Shown here piece after piece: positions 7,638 to 16,548 of a stretch of 64,000 bases of DNA (positions are counted from its first letter, which is position 1; each line of letters begins with the position of its first letter). The stretch is from positions 4,832,001 through 4,896,000 of the forward strand of contig OY760175.1 of NCBI GenBank assembly GCA_963663165.1, in the 5' to 3' direction. The DNA is from an uncultured Desulfospira sp. (lineage in GTDB: Bacteria; Desulfobacterota; Desulfobacteria; Desulfobacterales; Desulfobacteraceae). The notes beneath the pieces were generated by a model. That model was not told the DNA's origin. It saw nothing but the letters and a program-made list of their open reading frames with translations, and did not search any database. Both the position numbers and the translations under genes were made by a program.

Positions 7638-9722
7638 ATGACCAAAGAAACGGTATTTAGCGTCTGCGGCATGTGTACGGTGCGCTGCCCCATAAAGGTG
7701 GAAGTTGAAAACGGCCAGGCCGGAATGATCACCGGAAACCCTCATGTACCGGCCATGAAGGGGGCGGTCTGCCCCCGGGGTGCCGCAGGAAAGGCCCTGC
7801 TCCTTGACAAGGAACGCCCCGGGACCCCGCTGATCCGTACCGGAGAAAGGGGTGAGGGCAAATGGCGCAAGGCCACCTGGGACGAGGCCCTGGATTATGT
7901 GGCTGAAAAACTCAACGGGATCAAGGCAGAATACGGGGCCAGGGCCATTTCATTCTCCGACCGGGGCGGCCCGTTCCGGGATATGCACCGGGCGTTTCTC
8001 AAAGGGCTTGGCACCCCCAACTACCACAACCATGATTCCTCCTGTGCCCGGAACGTGCAGCACGCGGCCTTGTCCCTGACAGGCATGGGCCGCAAGGCCG
8101 TGTCCTATGATTTTAAGAACGCCAGGCATGTGGTCCTTCAGTTCAGAAATATTTTTGAGGCCATCAATGTTCAGGAGGTCAACAACCTCATGGACGGCCT
8201 GGAAAAAGGATGCAAGCTGACGGTGATCGATATCCGGGCAAACGTTTCTGCGGCCAAGGCCAGCCGGTTTATGATGATCCGCCCGGGAACCGATTATGCC
8301 TTTAACCTGGCCGTGATTCATGAACTCATTAATAAAAACCTTTATGACAAAGCCTTTGCTGACCGGTGGATTGACGGATTCAAAGAACTGGAACAGTTCG
8401 TGGCGCCCTATACCCCTGAATGGGCCCAGGAACAGACCGGAATCAGTGCCGCACAGCTTCGCCGCTTTGTGGCGGACCTTTCCAAAGCCGCCCCTTCCGT
8501 GATCTGGCATCCGGGCTGGATGGCGGCAAGGTATAAGGATTCTTTTTATATCTGCCGGTCCATTTATATCATCAACGCCCTGCTCGGGGCTTACGGGGCC
8601 AAAGGCGGCTTGCCCTTTGTTCTGAAACCCGGGGATGTAGGGGCCAAAGGCCTTAAATCCTTTATGGATCTTTATCCCAAACCCGAAGAAAAACGGGCCG
8701 ACGGGGTGGGCTGGAAATACACCCATTTTGAACAGGGGCCCGGCCTTGCCCACCTGCTGTTCAAGGCCATTGAAGAGCAGGAACCCTATCCGGTCAAAGC
8801 CTATATCGCCTACCGCCATGACCCGCTCATGGGATACCCGGACCCCGGCCGGCTCCGGAAGATGTGGGATAAGCTGGACCTGCTGGTTTCGGTGACCTTT
8901 TCCTGGTCAGATACGGCCTGGCATTCCGATGTGGTCCTGCCGCTGTCCACATATCTGGAGCGCGAAAGCATCATTGCCACGAAAAATGCCCTCAAGCCCC
9001 AGTTTTTTGTCAGGAAAAGGGCGGTTGAGCCCCGGTATGACAGCCGGGCGGACTGGGAAATTATCTCAGGGCTTGCCCGGCGCATGAACCTGCCGGACCT
9101 GGTGTTTGACCGGGTAGAGGATATCTGGAAATTTCAACTTGAGGACACGGGTCTTTCCATAGATGATTTTGACGCCAAAGGCCAGGTCTCTTTATCCGAT
9201 AAGGCCATATACAAGGACTTCCAGGAATATGCCTTTAAAACAGAGTCCGGAAAAATTCAGATCATTTCAAAAAATCTGGAGGAAAACGGCCAGCCCTCCT
9301 TAAAACCCTATGAGCCGCCATCCGCCGGCAAAGAAGGGGAGTACCGGATCACCTTTGGCCGGTGTGCCCTGCACACCCAGGGCCATACCGTCAACAACCC
9401 ACTGCTCAACGAGCAGATGTCGGAAAACACGCTCTGGATCAATACAAAAGAGGCGGAAAAGCTGGGGATTTCAGACCGGGATGTGGTGACTGTAAGCCAG
9501 AACGGCTATACCGAAACCATCCGGGCCCAGGTCACCGACCATATTCACCCGGAGGCGGTGTTTGTCATCCACGGCTTTGGCCACCGTCTTAAAGCAGAGA
9601 GCCGGGCTTTCGGCAAAGGGCTTGCTGACAACAAGTTCATGGCCGGCGGCATGGATATCTGGGACAAGGCCGGCGGGGCCATTGCCTATCAGGAACATTT
9701 TGTAAAAGTATCCAAAGGATAA
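7638..9722 (+). CDS. Molybdopterin oxidoreductase catalytic subunit (PhsA/PsrA-like, no Tat signal)
   Basis: CGMCTVRC...CPRG 4Fe-4S motif, RGEGKWRKATWDEAL, IRPGTDYA, SDVVLP.STYLER, C-terminal molybdopterin dinucleotide-binding domain. Confidence 0.9.
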   Translation: MTKETVFSVCGMCTVRCPIKVEVENGQAGMITGNPHVPAMKGAVCPRGAAGKALLLDKERPGTPLIRTGERGEGKWRKATWDEALDYVAEKLNGIKAEYGARAISFSDRGGPFRDMHRAFLKGLGTPNYHNHDSSCARNVQHAALSLTGMGRKAVSYDFKNARHVVLQFRNIFEAINVQEVNNLMDGLEKGCKLTVIDIRANVSAAKASRFMMIRPGTDYAFNLAVIHELINKNLYDKAFADRWIDGFKELEQFVAPYTPEWAQEQTGISAAQLRRFVADLSKAAPSVIWHPGWMAARYKDSFYICRSIYIINALLGAYGAKGGLPFVLKPGDVGAKGLKSFMDLYPKPEEKRADGVGWKYTHFEQGPGLAHLLFKAIEEQEPYPVKAYIAYRHDPLMGYPDPGRLRKMWDKLDLLVSVTFSWSDTAWHSDVVLPLSTYLERESIIATKNALKPQFFVRKRAVEPRYDSRADWEIISGLARRMNLPDLVFDRVEDIWKFQLEDTGLSIDDFDAKGQVSLSDKAIYKDFQEYAFKTESGKIQIISKNLEENGQPSLKPYEPPSAGKEGEYRITFGRCALHTQGHTVNNPLLNEQMSENTLWINTKEAEKLGISDRDVVTVSQNGYTETIRAQVTDHIHPEAVFVIHGFGHRLKAESRAFGKGLADNKFMAGGMDIWDKAGGAIAYQEHFVKVSKG

Positions 9723-9745
9723 TACACGGTTCTGCTGTGATGATT

Positions 9746-9850
9746 TTTGTGGGCTTACGTGGACAGGGTGGACTTTGTGGACAAACCGGCAGGCCGTGGG
9801 GGGCTGTCGGACTGTCCACCCCGTCTGCTCCGTCCACTTAAGTCCACAAA
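9746..9850. repeat. Inverted array of 9-nt GTGGACnnn repeats
   Basis: GTGGACAGG GTGGACTTT GTGGACAAA ... CTGTCCAC, CCGTCCAC, AAGTCCACAAA. Confidence 0.8.
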
Positions 9851-10022
9851 GCCTGATCTCCATGTGGACAGCGCCCTGCAGTAAAAAAAATGCAGCGCAA
9901 GTTTTTTATTGCACTGTCCCCGCGTTGGTTCCCCGGCAACCGCCCTGCACCAAAAAACAATTTGGCAGAATTTATTAATGATTTCAAAAATATAAAACAA
10001 AAAAGCCCCCATGCTAACCCCA

Positions 10023-10038
10023 TGGCATGGTTATGGCA
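10023..10038 (+). promoter_or_regulatory. Sigma54 promoter of the Fe-S/flavoprotein operon
   Basis: TGGCATGGTTATGGCA, identical to 7537-7552. Confidence 0.7.
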
Positions 10039-10077
10039 AATCCCAAAATTTAAGTTTAACCCGACACCGGAGGATAT

Positions 10078-10593
10078 ATGAGTCACTATTACCTGTTTCA
10101 GGATACCAGAAAATGCATTGGCTGCCACAGCTGTGAGGTGGCGTGCAAGGCCAATAAAAACCTGCCGGCAGGCCCCAAGCCCTGCCAGATCATCCAGGTG
10201 GGTCCCAAGACCATCGCTGAAGTCCCGAAAATATCCTTTATTTTTATGCCCTGTTTCCATTGTGAAAATCCCTGGTGTGTCTCTGCCTGTCCCACAGGGG
10301 CCATGCAGCAGCGAAGCCATGACGGCATTGTATTTGTGGACCAGGACTTATGCGTGGGATGCAAGACCTGTATTTCCGCCTGTCCCTGGGGGGCGCCCCA
10401 GTGGAACCCGGAAATCGGAAAGGTTGAAAAATGCGATTACTGCAAGGACCGGATTGACCAGGGCCTTTCCCCTGCCTGTGTCACCGGCTGCACCACCAGC
10501 TGCCTTAAGTTCGGGCAGGTTGAAGACATGACACAGATCAGGAGAGAGCGCCACGCTCAATCCGTAACATCCTTTGAGGACACCAGCTTTTAA
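10078..10593 (+). CDS. 4Fe-4S dicluster electron-transfer subunit (DmsB/PhsB-like)
   Basis: CIGCHSCEVAC, CFHCENPWCVSACP, CVGCKTCISACP, KCDYC..PACVTGC. Confidence 0.9.
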   Translation: MSHYYLFQDTRKCIGCHSCEVACKANKNLPAGPKPCQIIQVGPKTIAEVPKISFIFMPCFHCENPWCVSACPTGAMQQRSHDGIVFVDQDLCVGCKTCISACPWGAPQWNPEIGKVEKCDYCKDRIDQGLSPACVTGCTTSCLKFGQVEDMTQIRRERHAQSVTSFEDTSF

Positions 10594-10602
10594 GGAGTGA
10601 CC

Positions 10603-12765
10603 ATGGAAACCACCTGTCCGGTCAGCCAGACCATTGCGTTTTTGACCCGCCAGATCGGCCCCCAGGGGCTTCCTGACCCCAAAGGGCAGCGGATCAGCGA
10701 ACAGATTCTGGTGCTGGCTGAAGAGATTGCCGACGGGACTGCCGGTGAAGCCCATTTGGCGGCTATTGAGTCCCTGGCCAAAGAATACCGGTATGACGGC
10801 AGCCCGGTCCAGACCCGGGAGGCAGGCCGGGTGGTTGAAGAATTTTTAACAGACCACCGGGAAGTCTTTGAAAACCATATTTTAACCCGGAACTGCCCGT
10901 CCCACGACTGCGGGAAACTGGCCCCCTCTCCATGCCAGATGGCCTGCCCGGCCGGCATTGACATCCCCACCTACCTGGCCCTTATTGCCCGGGGCGAAGA
11001 TGCCAGGGCCATTGAGGTGATCCGGCGGGACAACCCGCTGCCCTGGGTCTGCGGCCTGATCTGCACCAGGCCCTGTGAAATGATGTGCGTCAGGGCAAGG
11101 ATCGATACGCCCATCTCCATTAAGTTTCTCAAAGCCTTTGCCGCTGAACGGGCCATGTCCGACCGAACCTATACCAACCCCGCGCCCAAGCCGGCTAACG
11201 GAAAAAAGGTCTGCGTGGTGGGGGCCGGGCCCGGCGGTTTGTCCTGTGCCTATTATCTGGCCCTGATGGGGTATACGGTTAAAATTATTGAGGCCCTGCC
11301 CGTGCCCGGGGGCATGCTCATGGTGGGCATCCCCCGATACCGGCTGCCCCGGGAGGTGATTGACCGGGAAGTGGCCATGATTGAGGCCTTAGGCGTTGAG
11401 ATTTTATACAACACCCGGTTTGGACAAGACATCACCAAGCCAGAACTGGATAAACAGGGATACGGGGCCTACTTCATCGCTATTGGTGCCCACAAGGCAT
11501 GGGATCTTGATATTGAAGGGGAAAAAGAGTTCCCCAAAGTCATTGAGGCGGTTCGGTTTTTAAGGGACGTGGCTTTGGGCGAACGCCACTGCCCCGGGAA
11601 TCATGTGGTGGTGATCGGCGGCGGCAACGTGGCCATTGACGCGGCCCGGACCAGCCTGCGATTAGGGGCCGAGCGGGTCACCATTGCCTATCGCCGGACC
11701 CGGGATCAGATGCCCGCGGACGTGGAAGAGGTGGAACAGGCCGAGGAAGAGGGGATTGAATTTTCCTTTCTGACCATTCCCACAAAGGTTTCGGGAAGTC
11801 AGGGCCGCATCCACGCCCTGACCTGTATCAAGGCTGAACTCAAAAAGAAAAAGGGGTCTGACCGGCTGGCCCCTGTGCCCATTGAAGGGCAGGAATTTGA
11901 CATACAGGCCGACGCGGTCATCAGCGCCATTGGCCAGTATGTGGACGATTCGGGCATGGACGCTTTTGAGCAGATGAAATGGAGCCGCAGGGGAACCATT
12001 GATGTCAATCACGCCAGCATGGAAACGGCCCAGCCAGGGGTTTTTGCCGCCGGAGACGCGGTATCAGGGCCGGCCACCGTGATCGAGGCCATTGGCGGGG
12101 GGAAACGGGCCGCAGATGCCATAGACCGGTACCTTCGCGGCATTCCCCAGCCCCGGGCACCGAGAACCCCGGTCCGGCACAATACCGAACCGGTCATTGA
12201 AATGAGCGCCGGCCAGAAAATGACGGCCAAACCGCCCCAAATGCCCATGCTCAACCTGTACCGGCGGCGGACCACCTTCCAGCAGGTGGAGCTCGGCTTT
12301 GAAGAAGAAGATGTCAGAAGGGAAGCTGCCCGCTGCCTGCGCTGCGATATCTGCCGGCGGTGCGGCAAATGTGTGGATATCTGCCGGGATAAAATGGGGC
12401 TCAATGCCCTGAAACTGGGTTACCTTGATTTTGACGAAACATCCCCCACGGATTTTCGGGTAACCGCTGAAAACTGTATTACCTGCGGGGCCTGTGCGGC
12501 CAATTGTGAAAATAATGCATTGAAAATTGACGAAAAAGACGACCAGCGAAGGCTGCTGCTGTGCGGCACCGTGCTGAACAGCCAGGCCATCCAGTACTGT
12601 GAAGGCTGCGGGGCCAAACTCGGCTCTGTGGAATACACCCGCTTTATCACCAGGAAAACCAGGAACATTTCACCGGCCACGGACAAACGGCTGTTATGCA
12701 ATGACTGCCTGCGCCGCAGCAATGCGGCGGCCGGGGTCACCAACGGCGCCCTGCCCATGGCCTGA
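10603..12765 (+). CDS. GltD/NfnB-like FAD/NAD(P) oxidoreductase with extra Fe-S domains
   Basis: PCQMACP, CGLICTRPCE, VGAGPGG, GIPRYRLP, GGGNVAID, FAAGD, CLRCDICRRC, CITCGAC. Confidence 0.9.
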   Translation: METTCPVSQTIAFLTRQIGPQGLPDPKGQRISEQILVLAEEIADGTAGEAHLAAIESLAKEYRYDGSPVQTREAGRVVEEFLTDHREVFENHILTRNCPSHDCGKLAPSPCQMACPAGIDIPTYLALIARGEDARAIEVIRRDNPLPWVCGLICTRPCEMMCVRARIDTPISIKFLKAFAAERAMSDRTYTNPAPKPANGKKVCVVGAGPGGLSCAYYLALMGYTVKIIEALPVPGGMLMVGIPRYRLPREVIDREVAMIEALGVEILYNTRFGQDITKPELDKQGYGAYFIAIGAHKAWDLDIEGEKEFPKVIEAVRFLRDVALGERHCPGNHVVVIGGGNVAIDAARTSLRLGAERVTIAYRRTRDQMPADVEEVEQAEEEGIEFSFLTIPTKVSGSQGRIHALTCIKAELKKKKGSDRLAPVPIEGQEFDIQADAVISAIGQYVDDSGMDAFEQMKWSRRGTIDVNHASMETAQPGVFAAGDAVSGPATVIEAIGGGKRAADAIDRYLRGIPQPRAPRTPVRHNTEPVIEMSAGQKMTAKPPQMPMLNLYRRRTTFQQVELGFEEEDVRREAARCLRCDICRRCGKCVDICRDKMGLNALKLGYLDFDETSPTDFRVTAENCITCGACAANCENNALKIDEKDDQRRLLLCGTVLNSQAIQYCEGCGAKLGSVEYTRFITRKTRNISPATDKRLLCNDCLRRSNAAAGVTNGALPMA

Positions 12766-12781
12766 AAAAAAGGAGGATAAC

Positions 12782-13006
12782 ATGACATTCCAGCGGGGAG
12801 ATAAAATAGAGGTATTCAGGCCGTCGGAAGACGAGGCCTGGGAGGATTATATGAACGATTTTTTAGGCTGCCACGGGTTTATTGTGGATCCGGACACCTC
12901 GGTTAATGACCCGGATGCCCTGGTGGAGGTCAGCCTTGAAGGCAAAGGCACCCACCGGCTTCCCCAGGACTGCTTAAGACAGATCACCTCCGGCACCGGC
13001 TGTTAA
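12782..13006 (+). CDS. Small hypothetical protein (74 aa, MTFQRGDKIEV...)
   Basis: AGGAGG RBS before ATG 12782; operonic spacing. Confidence 0.7.
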   Translation: MTFQRGDKIEVFRPSEDEAWEDYMNDFLGCHGFIVDPDTSVNDPDALVEVSLEGKGTHRLPQDCLRQITSGTGC

Positions 13007-13017
13007 GGAACCATCCC

Positions 13018-13776
13018 ATGATTGAGATCACCATTGACGGAAAAAAAATTGCAGCCCAGCCCGGAGATACGGTCCTTCGCACGGCCTTAGCCCATAAAAT
13101 TCCCATTCCCCACCTGTGCTTCCACCCGGCCTTGAAGCCTTCGGGCGGATGCCATGTCTGCGGGGTGGAGGTTGACGCCGGCCCGGATAAACAGGTGGTA
13201 ACGCTCTCGTGCCTTCTCAAAGTCAAAGAGGGGCTCAAGATTAAGACCGACTCTGAGCTTGTGGCGGCCCACAGGAAAAAGGCCTTTGACAAGCTGTTGT
13301 CTATGGCCCCGGATTCAGTACGGATCCGTGAACTGGCCCAAAAGTTCAACGTCCCGGTAGCCCCCCGGCCCGACGGGTGTATCCACTGCCGGCTCTGCGT
13401 GAGGGTCTGCAATGAAATTGTAAAGGTGGGGGCCATCAAAATGGTCAAGACCGATACCGGCAGCCGGGTAGGGCCGGGTGAGGGTACCTGTATCGGCTGC
13501 GGCACCTGTGCCAATCTGTGCCCCACCCGGTTGATCCGGGTCCGGGACCAGGACAATGTCAGGACCATCACCATCGGTGATGAGGTCTTAAGCCGCCTGC
13601 CCCTTGAGATGTGCGAGGCCTGCGGCAGAAGTTACGCCACCCTGCCGTTTCTGGCCCATATGGATGAAACGTCAAAAGACCATCCCCACACCCGGGAGAC
13701 CCACCATTTTTGTCCGTCTTGCGCCAAGTTAATGTCAACCAGAACAAGGACAGAAGATGAACACCTTAAAAAATAA
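13018..13776 (+). CDS. 2Fe-2S/4Fe-4S protein (NuoG/HndD N-terminal-like)
   Basis: IPHLC..GGCHVC..SC, CIHCRLCVRVC, CIGCGTCANLCP. Confidence 0.85.
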   Translation: MIEITIDGKKIAAQPGDTVLRTALAHKIPIPHLCFHPALKPSGGCHVCGVEVDAGPDKQVVTLSCLLKVKEGLKIKTDSELVAAHRKKAFDKLLSMAPDSVRIRELAQKFNVPVAPRPDGCIHCRLCVRVCNEIVKVGAIKMVKTDTGSRVGPGEGTCIGCGTCANLCPTRLIRVRDQDNVRTITIGDEVLSRLPLEMCEACGRSYATLPFLAHMDETSKDHPHTRETHHFCPSCAKLMSTRTRTEDEHLKK

Positions 13777-13792
13777 ATTTAGGAGGAGAAGT

Positions 13793-14935
13793 ATGAAAAC
13801 AAAGTTCAAGTGGTTTATTGCAGTTCTGATTATCCTATCCGTTATTCTGCCCCTTATGGCCGCAGCACCGGTTATGGCGGATAAGCTGTCCGATGCCATT
13901 GCCGCCGTTCCCCAGGGCACAGGACCCGGGCAGATTGACCCGGCAGCGCCCAAGGGGGTTTACGGCATCCCCGGTGCCCCATCCCCCGGCCTTTTGTTTT
14001 GTTTCTTATGGGCGGTCTGGGTAGGCTGGATTTTTTCAACCGTGGGGGCGTTTGGCGGCATCATGGCCGGTGTGGGCCACATTTCCATTTACGGGATGGG
14101 GGCCTATGCCAAAACCTTTAAAGACACCTCGCCAACTTTAAATAAGCTGATCACGGACAGCATCCGGGTTTCCAATCAGTGGCTGGTGGGACTCTCCGCC
14201 CTGGTTTCCACCGTTAACTACGGCCGGCAGAAACGGCTGGTGACTTCTCTGGGGGTTTTCCTGGGGGCCGGCGCCTTGTTTGCCACCCTGCTGGTGGTTT
14301 TCACCACGGCCGGAAAGGTTAAATTTTCCCAGTATCAGGGCTGGTTCGGCCTTTGTGTGTTCCTGATTTTTGCCTTCATGGTCTATGAGATGTCCCCCAA
14401 GGGCCAGGCGTCTAAAAAAGCGGCCAAAGCGGCGGCCAAGGCCTTTGAAGATACGGTCAAAAATAAGGGCGATATCGGGGGCCAGGGGGTGAAAACCTCA
14501 AAATGGAGCCTCTCCAGAACCGAAATTTCCTTTTTCGGACAGCAGTTTTCCTTTAGTCCCATCTGGGCCTTTATCGGCGGGTTCTGCATCTCGGCCCTGG
14601 CATCCTTTATCGGGGTTGGCGGCGGGTTTCTCTACGTGCCGTTTTTGACCTCCGTGGTGGGGCTGCCCATGTTTGTTGTGGCCGGCACATCTGCCGTTGC
14701 CGTTCTCATCGGCATGGTGTTTTCCATATTCAATTTCATGGTCCTTAAAGGGGTCATGGTTTACTGGCCCATGATCGGCATTGAACTTTTGGGTGTATTT
14801 GTCGGATCCATGATTGGTCCTAGAACCGGCAAGTATATCCCTGAAAAGGTATTGAAATGGATTTTCCTGGTATTGGCCTTCTATATCGGCATCCGCTATA
14901 CCTTAAGAGGGTTTTTCGGCATCGCCATGCTTTAA
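13793..14935 (+). CDS. Sulfite exporter TauE/SafE family membrane protein
   Basis: FSTVGAFGG, ASFIGVGGGFLYVPFL, AGTS; many TM segments; AGGAGG RBS. Confidence 0.85.
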   Translation: MKTKFKWFIAVLIILSVILPLMAAAPVMADKLSDAIAAVPQGTGPGQIDPAAPKGVYGIPGAPSPGLLFCFLWAVWVGWIFSTVGAFGGIMAGVGHISIYGMGAYAKTFKDTSPTLNKLITDSIRVSNQWLVGLSALVSTVNYGRQKRLVTSLGVFLGAGALFATLLVVFTTAGKVKFSQYQGWFGLCVFLIFAFMVYEMSPKGQASKKAAKAAAKAFEDTVKNKGDIGGQGVKTSKWSLSRTEISFFGQQFSFSPIWAFIGGFCISALASFIGVGGGFLYVPFLTSVVGLPMFVVAGTSAVAVLIGMVFSIFNFMVLKGVMVYWPMIGIELLGVFVGSMIGPRTGKYIPEKVLKWIFLVLAFYIGIRYTLRGFFGIAML

Positions 14936-15113
14936 GAGTGTTTGGGCGGCTCGTCAGAGGAGCTTCTGCTCACAAAGTCACCCATCTGCTGCGTTGCGGA
15001 AAAATTTGCATCTGGGCAACTTTTCACCCAAACACGGGTTCTCGCTGAGACACCAAATACATTTGTCCGGCAGGCTGTTGAAACAGCCTGCCGGCAGCAA
15101 AAGGAGTTTACCC

Positions 15114-15665
15114 GTGGTAACCCAATTCAATCAGTTTTACTTTGCCATTGACGGCTGGATCATCTTTTTCTACCGGGTAACGGGAATCGGCATTGTGGAT
15201 TATTATATCGGCACCTTCTGCCTTTCCATGATCGCTGTCCTCCTGGGAGAAGTCACCATTTCCCTGGCCCTTAAAGCCAACACCCCATACCTGAACGGGT
15301 TAAGCCGCAGGATGAAAGAAAAGGAGAGCCTTTCCATAAAGGCCTATGAAACCGGAAACATGGCCGGGTACAAAGCGTTGAACAAAGAGGCCACCGATGC
15401 CTGGGGACGCAAGTTTTTTGCCATGCTGGCCCATTCGGCCGCCATTTTATGGCCTGTCCCCTTTGCCTTGGGCTGGATGCAGACCCGGTTTGCGGACATT
15501 GATTTTTTAATTGCCTTTCCCTTTTCCCTGGTCACGGACTCGGTGGGGTATGCCTTTTCCTTTTTTCCCATTTATGTGCTGGCAAGGATTGTGTTTGGGA
15601 AACTAAGGCCCCATCTGCCTTATTTTTCGGCTGTTCACCGGCGCCTGGCGGCGGTATCTGCCTGA
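15114..15665 (+). CDS. Hypothetical membrane protein
   Basis: AAGGAG RBS before GTG 15114; hydrophobic segments, LWPVPFALGWMQTRF. Confidence 0.7.
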   Translation: MVTQFNQFYFAIDGWIIFFYRVTGIGIVDYYIGTFCLSMIAVLLGEVTISLALKANTPYLNGLSRRMKEKESLSIKAYETGNMAGYKALNKEATDAWGRKFFAMLAHSAAILWPVPFALGWMQTRFADIDFLIAFPFSLVTDSVGYAFSFFPIYVLARIVFGKLRPHLPYFSAVHRRLAAVSA

Positions 15666-15675
15666 AGGGCAAAGG

Positions 15676-15775
15676 GGGGACGCCCTTAATTTATGTCTTT
15701 GGGCAAGGTTTCTGATGGTTAAAATTGATTTTAATGAATTTTGTGATTTTAAGTTAAAAAGTTAAGGGCATCCCC
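15676..15775. repeat. 100-bp AT-rich segment bounded by GGGGA(C/T)GCCCTTAA inverted repeats
   Basis: GGGGACGCCCTTAATTT (15676-15692) vs AAGTTAAGGGCATCCCC (15759-15775), 15/17 complementary. Confidence 0.7.
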
Positions 15776-15799
15776 ACATCCGTCCCGGGCTTGAGCGGC

Positions 15800-15856
15800 A
15801 GGGTAGGAGCGGTCCATGCCCGCGAACCGATCGCGGGCATGGACCGCTCCTACCCT
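15800..15856. repeat. GTAG-type REP doublet (REPIN-like), copy 1
   Basis: GTAGGAGCGGTCCATGCCCGCGA accga TCGCGGGCATGGACCGCTCCTAC. Confidence 0.85.
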
Positions 15857-16071
15857 TGTATCCACCGAAATGAGTGGGATAAATGGGTGACCCCATTTGT
15901 CCGGTTAAGATTTTCCATTGAAACCCGAAACACAGGTTTCTATAATAAGGCATGGGAAATTTTCATTAACACCCAAAACCGCCCATGAAAGCTATGAAGG
16001 TCTTGGAACCGGCAGCCCTAACACCCTTCGGTCTAAACCCCTTCAGCCTTTCATAGAAAGGTGACCAGGCG

Positions 16072-16548
16072 ATGAGATATCTTAATTACAGCATATTACC
16101 GGTTTTGGCCGCCCTTGTTTTGTTATTGCCGCACAGTGCCGCTGCCCTTCAGCTTCACGCCAGTTCCGAAGGGATCATTACCCACCAGATCGGGCATATC
16201 TTTTTTTTGTTTTCAATGGTTGTTCTCATGTTCATTATCAGCGGGAAAGGGCTGGATATTCAAAAAGGGTGGCGGCTGATTCAGCTGTCCGCCTTTTTTT
16301 TCATTCTCTGGAATGCCTGCGCCATCTGCGCCCATTTTCTTGACAACCAGATTTATGCCGTGAGTATCGAGCGTATGTCCCATGGGCTTGCCAGAATACA
16401 GGTCCAGAACAATTCCGGCCTTCTGGGCTGGGTGTATTACGGGCTCAAGCTGGACCATCTGCTGTGCGTGCCCGCCATGTTTTTTCTGTACAAGGGACTT
16501 GGCTGCCTGGTGGACGAACAGACCTCCAAGGGCGGGCAGATCTCATGA
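16072..16548 (+). CDS. Hypothetical membrane protein with conserved His residues, upstream of the sensor kinase
   Basis: Signal peptide, THQIGH, KLDHLLCVPA; stop overlaps the next ATG. Confidence 0.75.
   Translation: MRYLNYSILPVLAALVLLLPHSAAALQLHASSEGIITHQIGHIFFLFSMVVLMFIISGKGLDIQKGWRLIQLSAFFFILWNACAICAHFLDNQIYAVSIERMSHGLARIQVQNNSGLLGWVYYGLKLDHLLCVPAMFFLYKGLGCLVDEQTSKGGQIS

Noticed and set aside
7950..8819. Long antisense ORFs (also 24319-25161, 35669-36421, 52796-53641, 62216-63220)
   Set aside because: They are shadows of well-supported genes on the opposite strand and have no recognisable motifs.
14994..15113. N-terminal extension of the 223-aa ORF
   Set aside because: It runs through palindromic repeat DNA; the RBS supports GTG 15114.
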